Of a stretch of DNA of 43,891 nt, positions 6,884 to 14,748 are shown piece by piece (position 1 is the stretch's first letter; the number at the start of each line of letters is the position of its first letter). The position numbers were made by a program, and so were the translations under genes. The DNA comes from a virus: the IMG/VR virus record IMGVR_UViG_3300037565_000037; one strand, 5' to 3'. The notes under the pieces are model-generated. The model saw nothing but the letters and a program-made list of their open reading frames with translations, did not search any database and was not told where the DNA came from.

Positions 6884-7272
6884 CCTGCTGCTTTGAGTTC
6901 AATCGGCTTCAGAAGCTCGGCTTTCACCTCTTCCCGCTTCTTCAAGATCACGTGGCGCTTTGGATGGTGCTCCGTGCCGCGCTCGATCTTGTCAAAGTCC
7001 ATGACCAAGGCTTCGCACTCCTCGCCGTTCGGGAGCCGGTGCTGGTGCTGGACAAAGTCGATAAGGTTGATGTGCCAGCCATCGCGGCAGGCGTTTTGTG
7101 TCAGTTCCCGGCCATAGCGGCGAAGCCAGTTAACGGTTTCCGGCGTCGTCCATCGGGGCACTTCAACCGTCTCCATGATCGGAGATCCGTCGTTGTGCCT
7201 GCGCAATCCGCCATTGGGGTCTTTCGCCTGACGGGTGGTGTACTTCTGCCAACTCTTGAACATTCCCATCAC
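6880..7272 (-). CDS. Hypothetical protein (130 aa)
   Basis: ORF track; ATGA coupling at 7269..7272. Confidence 0.6.
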   Translation of the reverse strand: MMGMFKSWQKYTTRQAKDPNGGLRRHNDGSPIMETVEVPRWTTPETVNWLRRYGRELTQNACRDGWHINLIDFVQHQHRLPNGEECEALVMDFDKIERGTEHHPKRHVILKKREEVKAELLKPIELKAAG

Positions 7273-8150
7273 GCGGATTCCTTCATCGATTGTCGGAGAT
7301 TGATGGCGACATCAGCCGGGATTTTGATATGCTCCTGCCCTGACCTGACGGCGTACGGCAGGAACTTCTTTGCCCAATGAACGGCTTCATCGAACAGTTC
7401 CGGTTCTTCGTGGCTGCTGATCAGTATTTGCTCGGAAGAGTGCACGAGTTGAGGTTTTGACGGCTGCGTGTACTGCTCCCAACCGGCTTGGTTCAGCCAG
7501 GTTGTTACTTGCTGGGTGTACTGCGCATCCTGCCCAGCCCTTGCTCTGGCGTAACCAATCGCGCCCTGAAGCATCTCCTCAGCAGGTACTCCGCCCTTGA
7601 TGCGGCCTTGCCATTTTTTGAATGCAGGCTCTTTTGGGTTGTTTCCCTTCCGCTTGGGAAAGGCTTCCCAAAACTTTTCAAAATCCTGATGATATTTCCC
7701 CTTGGGGGATTTAGGGGGAGATTCTGGTATTCCTTCTGGTATTTCATCCTTATTTAGTATTGTCCCGGTGCTGTCCCGGTGCTGTCCCGGTGCTGTCCCG
7801 ATAGGTGTCTTTTTACCGTTCGGCGCATTCTGAAACTTCTCATAATTACAGACAGTTATGCGCGTTACTCCTGTCTCTGTGTCTGTCCCGATATTTTTAT
7901 CTTGAGTTAACGCATCAAGAAACCGCTCTACCTTGGTTTTCTTCCAACCCCAGATTTGAGCAAGCCCACGAACGGCAACGGCCAACTGTCCACGCTGCAA
8001 TTCAACAACAGAAGAACCGATGCGCACCGTGCGCTCTTTCCAAGATGCTTCAGAGACGATCCAAAGCCACGCCTCACGCTTCGTGAAAGGCTCATTAGGA
8101 AACTGAGGGTCTGTCCAGATGGACCGGCAAACGCTAAATGTGTTGCTCAT
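7269..8150 (-). CDS. Replication initiator / replisome-organizer-like protein
   Basis: N-terminal winged-helix-like region (CRSIWTDPQF...REAWLWIV...) typical of phage replication-organizer proteins; contains an iteron array inside the gene, as lambda O does. Confidence 0.6.
   Translation of the reverse strand: MSNTFSVCRSIWTDPQFPNEPFTKREAWLWIVSEASWKERTVRIGSSVVELQRGQLAVAVRGLAQIWGWKKTKVERFLDALTQDKNIGTDTETGVTRITVCNYEKFQNAPNGKKTPIGTAPGQHRDSTGTILNKDEIPEGIPESPPKSPKGKYHQDFEKFWEAFPKRKGNNPKEPAFKKWQGRIKGGVPAEEMLQGAIGYARARAGQDAQYTQQVTTWLNQAGWEQYTQPSKPQLVHSSEQILISSHEEPELFDEAVHWAKKFLPYAVRSGQEHIKIPADVAINLRQSMKESA
7761..7800. repeat. Iteron array, 4 copies of TGTCCCG at exact 11-bp spacing (putative ori)
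   Basis: tgtcccggtgc tgtcccggtgc tgtcccggtgc tgtcccg; the fourth copy reads CTGTCCCGATA. Confidence 0.8.
7881..7891. repeat. Fifth iteron copy CTGTCCCGATA followed by an AT-rich stretch
   Basis: Exact repeat of the 11-mer ending the main array, followed by tatttttatcttgagttaa. Confidence 0.6.
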
Positions 8151-8314
8151 TCGCTCACCTCCTCACAAGGGAGAGGAAGACGGTCAGTGCGATAGACGAT
8201 GGTTTCGCCCACTGGCGGCTTGATGACGTAGAGGCGCGTGCCAATACCTACTAGGCCCATACAAACCACCAAGCCAACTAGACCGCTTAGGATGATGACA
8301 AGGGTCAGTTTCAT
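8147..8314 (-). CDS. Small membrane protein (55 aa)
   Basis: Start moved to ATG 8314 (MKLTLVIILSGLVGLVVCMGLVGIG...), just after the upstream stop. Confidence 0.5.
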   Translation of the reverse strand: MKLTLVIILSGLVGLVVCMGLVGIGTRLYVIKPPVGETIVYRTDRLPLPCEEVSE

Positions 8315-8315
8315 C

Positions 8316-8999
8316 TCAGCCAAGCTCCTTCGACAGCTTCTTGATGATGGCCGATGGAACGTCGTCAAACCCGTATGCCGGGAAGACTTGTGACCATGGG
8401 CCGCCGATAACCTGCGTTTGGAAGTAGTGAATGAGGGACTTGTCGTGCTCACCGACCACTGGAAGACCGTTCCAGGTAATCTTCTGCCAAGCCTTGAGGT
8501 GATCGCCGCTGTAGCGCTCTACGATCTCGCGGGGCTTTGTCGGGCTGTCGTCCTGACCGTCTCCAAGGATGTCAACAACGCGGTCGGTCCCCTCAATGCC
8601 ATTGCTTGTGATAAGCTTGCCTGCGAAGTCCATGGCGTAGCTGAGATACGTCTGAGAGCCGACATTACCGAATGGCGCATTCTCAAGAGCGACTGCAAAG
8701 GCTTCAGCGTCTTCGTCAGAGGCAATAACCGTCCAGTCAATGATAACTTGCTGAGACTTTGCCCACTCGACATAGGTAACGAGGATCGCGCCACACGGAC
8801 GCTCAGGGCCTAGGATCTTGTAGAGCACATCACCATTGCGAAATGCAGCCACGTGGCCTTTGCGAACGATCTCTTTTTCTTCCAGGTTCATGGACCCGGA
8901 GACATCGCTCAGGAGCACCAATTCAGTGTCCACGCAAGCGGGCTGCCCCATTGCCGGGGTAGACAGAGCAATAGCAGATGCTGTGAGGAACCATTTCAT
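8316..8999 (-). CDS. Secreted vWA-like protein (DUF1194-like)
   Basis: Signal peptide MKWFLTASAIALSTPAMG, MIDAS-like LLSDVSGSM, overall resemblance to DUF1194; ATGA overlap with the rusA stop. Confidence 0.55.
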   Translation of the reverse strand: MKWFLTASAIALSTPAMGQPACVDTELVLLSDVSGSMNLEEKEIVRKGHVAAFRNGDVLYKILGPERPCGAILVTYVEWAKSQQVIIDWTVIASDEDAEAFAVALENAPFGNVGSQTYLSYAMDFAGKLITSNGIEGTDRVVDILGDGQDDSPTKPREIVERYSGDHLKAWQKITWNGLPVVGEHDKSLIHYFQTQVIGGPWSQVFPAYGFDDVPSAIIKKLSKELG

Positions 9000-9364
9000 G
9001 CCGCTTCCCTCTCTCTGATAACCACCCGGCATTCCGGCGCATCAACGTCGTCAACGCGCTCCATGCTGTGTTTTGCAATGATGAAAAGGTTGTCGTCGGC
9101 TATGACCTTGTGAGCGGTCAGCAAATCCAGGATCGATTTCCAAAGATTGTCGCCATCCCGTTTGCGCCGGTCAGGCGGGCGGACGAAAACCGCAATTTCC
9201 ACCTCACCCTTGAACTTGTGCGGGCGCTGCTGCTTGAGCATCCACCCGGCTTCCTTGCGCCATGACACGTAGCGGTCTGTCATGCGACGGCCACGTGTAG
9301 CGCTGTTGCCTGTAAGGCTGGAAAGCGGGACAGGGAATGGGAGAGAGATTGAGCACTCAGTCAT
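8996..9364 (-). CDS. rusA: RusA-family Holliday junction resolvase
   Basis: RRKRDGDNLWKSILDLLTAHKVIADDNLF matches the RusA D-x-DN...DD pattern. Confidence 0.75.
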   Translation of the reverse strand: MTECSISLPFPVPLSSLTGNSATRGRRMTDRYVSWRKEAGWMLKQQRPHKFKGEVEIAVFVRPPDRRKRDGDNLWKSILDLLTAHKVIADDNLFIIAKHSMERVDDVDAPECRVVIREREAA

Positions 9365-9569
9365 CGAGAAGCTCCCCATTCTTGGAGGCTTCGACAGCTT
9401 GGCGCAGCGCCTGCTCTATGCGGCGCTCTGCCTTGTTTTCAAAGGTGACGTAGACTTCGCTGCCGTAATCCTCATCGTGGACAACTTCAGTCGTCACGAG
9501 GTCATGATTGCGCGTTTCGAAATCAACGATCACGTCTCTTGCGATGTCGGTATAGGAGATCTGGGCCAC
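9357..9569 (-). CDS. Hypothetical acidic protein (70 aa)
   Basis: ORF track; GTG start preceded by GAGGTGA. Confidence 0.5.
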   Translation of the reverse strand: MAQISYTDIARDVIVDFETRNHDLVTTEVVHDEDYGSEVYVTFENKAERRIEQALRQAVEASKNGELLDD

Positions 9570-9572
9570 GGC

Positions 9573-9836
9573 TCACCTCTTCGCAAAGTATTTGCAGGCG
9601 GAGGCGTGAGCGGGAATTGAGATGCCCTTGTCGAGCTTCATTCCCGTCTTGCCAGAAAGCTCAGCAGCCTTGCCGCACTTGTTCTTTTTGAAGAAGAAGC
9701 AATCGCCGCACGTCATGCCCGGAACGGCTCCAGCAAAGTGGGCCATCCCGCGATATGTCTTGCTGATGTCGCCACCACAGCCGATGTCGACTTGAGTAAG
9801 GCCAAGGCCTGTTTGAATATGCTGTGCCTTACCCAT
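9573..9836 (-). CDS. Hypothetical Cys-rich protein (87 aa)
   Basis: ORF track; GGAGCGG upstream of the ATG. Confidence 0.5.
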   Translation of the reverse strand: MGKAQHIQTGLGLTQVDIGCGGDISKTYRGMAHFAGAVPGMTCGDCFFFKKNKCGKAAELSGKTGMKLDKGISIPAHASACKYFAKR

Positions 9837-9868
9837 CGTTCCGCTCCTTAATCCAAGGAGCGATTGCC

Positions 9869-10252
9869 TCAGCGATGTCCGCCAGACGACTGCCGCAGGC
9901 CAGCAATTTGTGCGCGATGGAAGTCCTCGTCCTGAACAGCCAGGGCAGTTTCAAGCCGTGCGATGCGTTGTCTAAGCGCTGCGAGTTCATTTTTTGCTTC
10001 CTTGACGATGGGGATGCCAGCAAGCTCGCGTGCCTTGTCCATATGGCTGGACGGGATTTTTGTCCGTTCTCCATACCAGTAGGCTTTCGCGGTTCTGACG
10101 GATGTACCGAGCTTTCTTGCCGCCCGCTCGATGCGAAAAATGCGTTGTTCATCGGCGAAAAGAGGAGTGCCGATCAGTTTGATTAGCGATTGCATTTCAA
10201 CAGCGTGAGCCATTCTTGCCGCCTCGTTGTTACGCCCGGAATTTTTTTCCAT
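9869..10252 (-). CDS. HTH DNA-binding protein with C-terminal coiled coil (possible early regulator)
   Basis: RKLGTSVRTAKAYWYGERTKIP is Cro/YdaS-like; start placed at the second ATG (10252), which has GGAG 9 nt upstream. Confidence 0.45.
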   Translation of the reverse strand: MEKNSGRNNEAARMAHAVEMQSLIKLIGTPLFADEQRIFRIERAARKLGTSVRTAKAYWYGERTKIPSSHMDKARELAGIPIVKEAKNELAALRQRIARLETALAVQDEDFHRAQIAGLRQSSGGHR

Positions 10253-10416
10253 TTCTGCGAACTCCATCTGGATGAGATTGAACTCATCGAGACGGCGGGT
10301 CGCTTCCGGGCTACTCGTTACTCACCAAGGCAACGGCTTCTCGCGCCAACGTTCAGCCAATGCCTAAGAATTCTGTTTCGCGGCTGCCTCGTATTGCCCC
10401 CTGGCCGCGAATAAGT

Positions 10417-10454
10417 GAGGAACCCGGCTTTTGCCGCATCTCGCCGGGTTCCTC
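10417..10454 (-). promoter_or_regulatory. Perfect 12-bp stem hairpin GAGGAACCCGGC-14 nt-GCCGGGTTCCTC
   Basis: Read directly; lies in a 225-nt noncoding gap of the leftward early operon. Confidence 0.6.
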
Positions 10455-10459
10455 ATTCC

Positions 10460-10488
10460 CCCTGTCCCGTGGGAGGAGACGGACAGGG
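10460..10488 (-). promoter_or_regulatory. 8-bp stem hairpin CCCTGTCC-13 nt-GGACAGGG
   Basis: Read directly; immediately downstream of the stop of ORF 10492..10647. Confidence 0.55.
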
Positions 10489-10491
10489 AAA

Positions 10492-10647
10492 TTAAACGAT
10501 GTCTGCTATTGCGAGGCCGGTCATAAAGCTCGTGAATGCCAAGCAAATAAGCGGAAGAACTGTGTCACCGCCTCGAATGGCCGCTCTCAAAAATGCGCAG
10601 AAGCAAACGAGCGCAGCCGTCCCACGGATGAGAATGTGGATGTCCAT
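10492..10647 (-). CDS. Small membrane protein (51 aa), not in ORF track
   Basis: Own translation MDIHILIRGTAALVCFCAFLRAAIRGGDTVLPLICLAFTSFMTGLAIADIV; the ATG directly follows the TAG of the upstream ORF. Confidence 0.45.
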   Translation of the reverse strand: MDIHILIRGTAALVCFCAFLRAAIRGGDTVLPLICLAFTSFMTGLAIADIV

Positions 10648-10887
10648 CTAAGCCACCTCGTCGTTCAGATTGTTAGAGGGCCACTCGTCACCAAGAATGG
10701 AGCAGATAATGACTGCTCCGGGCGTCAGCCTCGGCGGGTTGAAACGGTCCCACTTGTTGCAAGAAGCGCATGGCGTCCCCGCGCCACATTCACAGGCAAG
10801 AGGATGACTAGAAGAACCGCCCCATGGCTTATCTCTATGGTTTTCACAAACCCATCCTTCGCCGTGGCAGACTTGGCACTCCATCAC
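10648..10887 (-). CDS. Cys-rich zinc-finger-like protein (79 aa)
   Basis: CQVCHGEGWVC...CECGAGTPCASC pattern; ATGA coupling with the upstream ORF. Confidence 0.55.
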   Translation of the reverse strand: MMECQVCHGEGWVCENHRDKPWGGSSSHPLACECGAGTPCASCNKWDRFNPPRLTPGAVIICSILGDEWPSNNLNDEVA

Positions 10888-11081
10888 GCCACCTCTTTCA
10901 TTTGAGACTTGATGAACCCGACAACCTTGCGATGCGTGCTCATCCTGACATCGACGCCAGCGCGCAGCCGCTTAACAAGGTTCTTGTCATCGGCGCATTC
11001 CCTGCCAAAACGAGACGGGGCCATGCCGGTCGCTTTGAGGAAGCGCTCTACAATCTGAAGGGTATCGATCTCTTGGGTCAT
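10884..11081 (-). CDS. Cro-like first gene of the leftward early operon (65 aa)
   Basis: Position at a divergent promoter; putative HTH GMAPSRFGRECADDKNLVKRLRAG; the ATG lies 6 nt after the -10 element (leaderless). Confidence 0.5.
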   Translation of the reverse strand: MTQEIDTLQIVERFLKATGMAPSRFGRECADDKNLVKRLRAGVDVRMSTHRKVVGFIKSQMKEVA

Positions 11082-11087
11082 GGGGCG

Positions 11088-11116
11088 ATTTTAGGTATCA
11101 TTATACCCAATGTCAA
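11088..11116 (-). promoter_or_regulatory. Leftward early promoter with operator in the spacer
   Basis: Minus strand: TTGACA-17 nt-TAAAAT; the spacer contains the palindrome GGTAT-N4-ATACC (11094..11107). Confidence 0.7.
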
Positions 11117-11166
11117 GGAATAAAGTTACCCGTGCGTTTCGGGTATAAATATGCGTATTTGCGCTT

Positions 11167-11487
11167 ATGGAAGATTGGAAAGCTCGACTCGAAGATAAGC
11201 GGAAAGAGCGCGGTTTCTCGATGCGGAAACTGTCGCAACTTATCGGTCACAGTCCCGATTATATAAAGATTACGCTCCGGCAAAAGAGCGAGCCGCCAAT
11301 CGCTACCTTTATCAAAATAGCAGATGCTTTGGGCGTAAGCGTTTTTTGGCTTTGGTACGGATATCCGGTTGATAGAGAAGATGAGAAGCTAATCCGGGAC
11401 TTTGCCAGGCTGTCCGAAAAGAATAAGGACATCATCAAGGCTTCGCTTGCGACCGCCCTTGAGGGCCAAGACCAAGAGCCTGAATAG
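11167..11487 (+). CDS. XRE/CI-type HTH repressor (106 aa)
   Basis: RGFSMRKLSQLIGHSPDYIKITLRQKSEPPIATFIKIADALGVSV is a classic XRE HTH; located between two operator regions. Confidence 0.75.
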   Translation: MEDWKARLEDKRKERGFSMRKLSQLIGHSPDYIKITLRQKSEPPIATFIKIADALGVSVFWLWYGYPVDREDEKLIRDFARLSEKNKDIIKASLATALEGQDQEPE

Positions 11488-11640
11488 CGCCCGCTGACGC
11501 TCAGTGCCATTGATATAAAAGTCGAAGCACTCTTTATCTGTCATGGCACAAATCCCCCCAAATTTGTCACTTTAACGTCATACTTAAGAACAACACAACC
11601 TTAACGGGGCTGGTTGGTTAATTTTTCGTGCATCTGTATT

Positions 11641-11694
11641 GGGTATAAAAATTCCCATTTTCTTCTTGACGTGGGTATTATCATACCCTAATGT
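11641..11694 (+). promoter_or_regulatory. Rightward early promoter with two operators
   Basis: TTGACG (11666)-17 nt-TAATGT (11689). The spacer holds the perfect palindrome GGGTAT-TATC-ATACCC (11673..11688). An upstream imperfect copy GGGTATAAAAATTCCC lies at 11641..11656. Confidence 0.7.
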
Positions 11695-11721
11695 AGTCCT
11701 CACAAACACGGCGAGGACACC

Positions 11722-11910
11722 ATGACCAAGACCCACGCAATTCAGTTTTTCGATGCAGACGGCTCCGTCATGGAAACGGCCTTCTACGTTTGCAGCCTGG
11801 ACGCTGCTTTGTCCGCCGCTTCTGAACGTGCCGATGAGATCGGCGCAGAGGATTACGACTTCGCACCGCGTGTCGGTGATGAGGACGTTGCAAAGCAGGA
11901 GGCCGCATAA
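11722..11910 (+). CDS. Hypothetical protein (62 aa)
   Basis: ORF track; GAGGA RBS; first gene after the rightward promoter. Confidence 0.55.
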   Translation: MTKTHAIQFFDADGSVMETAFYVCSLDAALSAASERADEIGAEDYDFAPRVGDEDVAKQEAA

Positions 11911-12204
11911 ATGGCTTGGTATGACCACCTTGAGTATGGCGATCCGGTTGTCTGCGTGAAGAGCTGGCAGTGCAAAATCACCGGGAAGAAGGTCGCGAAA
12001 GGCAGCGTCTATCTTACGTCCCACGTAGTGATTGCTGGAGACGGCACAACTTACGCAGGCGAAGTTGCCATCGTCCTGACTGACCCTTCCGCTGACGATG
12101 GATACGGATGGCTTATCCGGATTTTCCGCCCCGCCACCTCTACAGACCTACCAGCCTCCATCAGGGAAGCGCTGAAGACACCGGCTCCGAAGGAGAAGGT
12201 CTGA
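11911..12204 (+). CDS. Hypothetical protein (97 aa)
   Basis: ORF track; the ATG abuts the upstream TAA. Confidence 0.6.
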   Translation: MAWYDHLEYGDPVVCVKSWQCKITGKKVAKGSVYLTSHVVIAGDGTTYAGEVAIVLTDPSADDGYGWLIRIFRPATSTDLPASIREALKTPAPKEKV

Positions 12205-12338
12205 TGGATGACTTCACCATTTTCACAGGCATCACATTCGTCTTTGGCCTGCTTCTTGGCGGGATAATCGGGGCAGTCCTCTGGAACTGCTACCTCCATG
12301 CAAAAGCGAACGCTCATGAAGGAGCTTGGTATGAGTGA
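12204..12338 (+). CDS. Small membrane protein (44 aa)
   Basis: Internal ATG 12204 in a TGATG overlap, AAGGAGAAGG upstream; MDDFTIFTGITFVFGLLLGGIIGAVLW. Confidence 0.5.
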   Translation: MDDFTIFTGITFVFGLLLGGIIGAVLWNCYLHAKANAHEGAWYE

Positions 12339-12552
12339 ACTTCCTCCCATCGAAGAGGCTTTGTGTGTCGCAAAGTGCAGAGCAAGCGAAGTGGCTGAAA
12401 AGGCTTCAGCTGCCTACTGGATGCGCGGGGCAGACACCTACACCGCAAACTATCTGATCAATCAGGTACTCGAAGACTTCGACAAACTGAGCGAACAAAT
12501 TGACGTAATCCGCGCCGCAATGGCCGGTGACAAGTCGGAGGAAGCAGCATGA
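12331..12552 (+). CDS. Hypothetical protein (73 aa)
   Basis: Start moved to ATG 12331 overlapping the upstream stop. Confidence 0.5.
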   Translation: MSELPPIEEALCVAKCRASEVAEKASAAYWMRGADTYTANYLINQVLEDFDKLSEQIDVIRAAMAGDKSEEAA

Positions 12553-12692
12553 ACCGCCCCATATACATCGGCTGCTACCCAACAGAACAGCAGGAAGCCC
12601 GTGAGAGACTTCGGAACCTGGTTTGCGGAGCTGTGATCTTCACTGCCCTTGGCTCGATCCTGACAACGGCTGTCAGTGTGTTTCTCGCTTAA
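12549..12692 (+). CDS. Small protein with C-terminal TM (47 aa), not in ORF track
   Basis: ATGA overlap with the upstream stop; own translation MNRPIYIGCYPTEQQEARERLRNLVCGAVIFTALGSILTTAVSVFLA. Confidence 0.4.
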   Translation: MNRPIYIGCYPTEQQEARERLRNLVCGAVIFTALGSILTTAVSVFLA

Positions 12693-12781
12693 CGCTGCCG
12701 CTATCGCCCACCAACCAGCGGCAGCACGCCCCGGAGGCTAATCCCTCGCAGTCTCCGGGGCAATTCAAGGAAGGAAAGAGG

Positions 12782-13000
12782 ATGACACGCGAAGAACATC
12801 TGCAATGGGCAAAAGACCGCGCCAATGAGTACGTCGATGCTGGAGACCTTCAGGGCGCATATGCGTCTATGACTTCTGACCTCAACAAACACCCAGAGAC
12901 CGAAGGCCATCAAGCAATCATGCTCGGGCTGATGCTCATGGCTGGCGGCCACCTGTCGTCCAAGCGCGAAATGAAGAATTTCATCGATGGTTTCAACTAA
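12782..13000 (+). CDS. Hypothetical protein (72 aa)
   Basis: Start moved to ATG 12782 preceded by GGAAAGAGG. Confidence 0.5.
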   Translation: MTREEHLQWAKDRANEYVDAGDLQGAYASMTSDLNKHPETEGHQAIMLGLMLMAGGHLSSKREMKNFIDGFN

Positions 13001-13100
13001 TCCTCCCCAGCGGTCAACCTCCCGACCGCCAACTGCCTCTACGGAGGCCTTTTCAGAGAGCTTAACGAGCTTTCCGACAAGATAGGAAAGGGACAATACG

Positions 13101-13274
13101 ATGACGGCTACAGAGATTGAGCAAGACGCCTTCAAGCGTATCCGCAAGATCGTACGCGACAATAGTCAGCGCGATATCACCGCAAGCGATACCAAGCGTA
13201 TTGCGTCGGCTCTGCGAGATATTGCCTTCCAGGCTGAAGTTGCAGCTCAGGAAATCGAAGGGATGACGAAATGA
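13101..13274 (+). CDS. Hypothetical protein (57 aa), not in ORF track
   Basis: Own translation MTATEIEQDAFKRIRKIVRDNSQRDITASDTKRIASALRDIAFQAEVAAQEIEGMTK; GGAAAGGGA RBS; overlaps the next start. Confidence 0.45.
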   Translation: MTATEIEQDAFKRIRKIVRDNSQRDITASDTKRIASALRDIAFQAEVAAQEIEGMTK

Positions 13275-13990
13275 ACAAGGTTGCAAAGATCGGCCACAAT
13301 TTCCCGCCGACACCGTTTGATGAAGCTCAGGACGCAATCACCTCTCTGAAAGAGGAAGCTGGTCACTGGCTGGATGGCGCTGAAGTCACCTCACAGAATG
13401 AGGCTGACGCAATCGCGAAGCTTCTTGACATGGCTCGGAAGGCAAAGAAACAGGCTGACGATGCCCGCAAGGAAGAAGCGAAGCCATTTGATGACGGTAA
13501 GAAGGCTGTACAGGCCAAGTTTAAGCCGTTGATTGAAGAGTGCGACCGCATTGCTGATGTCTGTAAAGCCGCCAACCTTCCTTGGCTGAAGAAGCTGGAC
13601 GAACAGCGCCGCAAGGAAGAAGAAGCAGCGAAGGCCAAGGCGGCTGAAGAGTTCCGCAAAGCTCAAGAGGCGCTGTCGGCGGCACGCGCTACAGACCTCA
13701 AATCCCGTGAAGAAGCAGAGCAGCAAATGAAGGTTGCTCAGGACGCGGAACGGGAAGCCAAGAAAGCCGCGCAGCAGAAAGCATCTGCCAAAGGTGGCGC
13801 AAGAGCTATGAGCCTGCGGACTGTTTACCGGCATGAAATCGTGAATCCGACAGAGTTTGCACGGTGGTGCTGGTCGAATGAGCGTGAGGCCCTCTTGGAT
13901 TGCCTTAACAGCATAGCCAAACGCAGGACTGACATGAAGTTCCGCGACATGCCCGGCGTCGTCATCCACGAAGACAAGGTGCCAGTATGA
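13271..13990 (+). CDS. Hypothetical coiled-coil protein preceding the annealing protein (239 aa)
   Basis: ORF track; Lys/Glu/Ala-rich centre; ATGA coupling to the next gene. Confidence 0.65.
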   Translation: MNKVAKIGHNFPPTPFDEAQDAITSLKEEAGHWLDGAEVTSQNEADAIAKLLDMARKAKKQADDARKEEAKPFDDGKKAVQAKFKPLIEECDRIADVCKAANLPWLKKLDEQRRKEEEAAKAKAAEEFRKAQEALSAARATDLKSREEAEQQMKVAQDAEREAKKAAQQKASAKGGARAMSLRTVYRHEIVNPTEFARWCWSNEREALLDCLNSIAKRRTDMKFRDMPGVVIHEDKVPV

Positions 13991-14748
13991 CCGATCTTAA
14001 AGCGCTCTCGGCACCATTCCCGCCTGAAGAAATCAAGTGGCGTATTGGCAGCACCAACCAAGACAAGACAAAGGGCTTGGCTCTGGCCTACCTCACGTCT
14101 CGTCACATCATGGACCGCCTTGATACTGTCGTCGGCCCTGAGAATTGGCAAGACCGATACGAAGTCCACGGACCTCGCGTCATTGGCTATCTGTCTGTTC
14201 GCATCAATGACGAATGGATTACCAAAGCGGATGGCGCAGGCGATACCCAGGTTGAAGCGGAAAAGGGCGGTCTTAGCGATGCTCTGAAAAGGTCTGCCGT
14301 AAAATGGGGCATTGGCCGATACCTCTACGACCTTGGCAATGTCTGGGTCGAATGCGAGCAGCGAGGCCGATCTACCATCATTAAACCGGGCCAAGAGAAA
14401 AAGCTGATTGCGGCTCTCAATGCGCTTCATTCTGCGCAGCCAGCAGCAGACCGCGCAAAGCCTGACTCTGTACAAGATACCGGCGATGCCATGCGCAAGG
14501 CTACAGAAGCAAAATGGCTTGCAGAGCGTAAGCGGTCTGTACCTATGGCGGACGGCGACAGCGAACGCATCAAACGCACGCTTCAGGAGGGTATGGACCT
14601 TGCCGAAACCCTTGATGACTGGAACGGCTTCATTGCCGACAATCAGGATAACATCTCTTTCCTGATCGACAGCCATTACCTCGAATTCAAGTGGACGGCC
14701 ACGAACAAGCGGAACGCCCTCAACAACAAGGCACGTGCTCATGGCTAA
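13987..14748 (+). CDS. Rad52/Sak-type single-strand annealing protein
   Basis: EKGGLSDALKRSAVKWGIGRYLYDL matches the Rad52-family signature. Confidence 0.75.
   Translation: MTDLKALSAPFPPEEIKWRIGSTNQDKTKGLALAYLTSRHIMDRLDTVVGPENWQDRYEVHGPRVIGYLSVRINDEWITKADGAGDTQVEAEKGGLSDALKRSAVKWGIGRYLYDLGNVWVECEQRGRSTIIKPGQEKKLIAALNALHSAQPAADRAKPDSVQDTGDAMRKATEAKWLAERKRSVPMADGDSERIKRTLQEGMDLAETLDDWNGFIADNQDNISFLIDSHYLEFKWTATNKRNALNNKARAHG

Noticed and set aside
7761-7800. CRISPR-like or tandem-repeat element
   Set aside because: The period is 11 bp with no spacers, and the array lies inside a replication gene. It fits iterons, not CRISPR.
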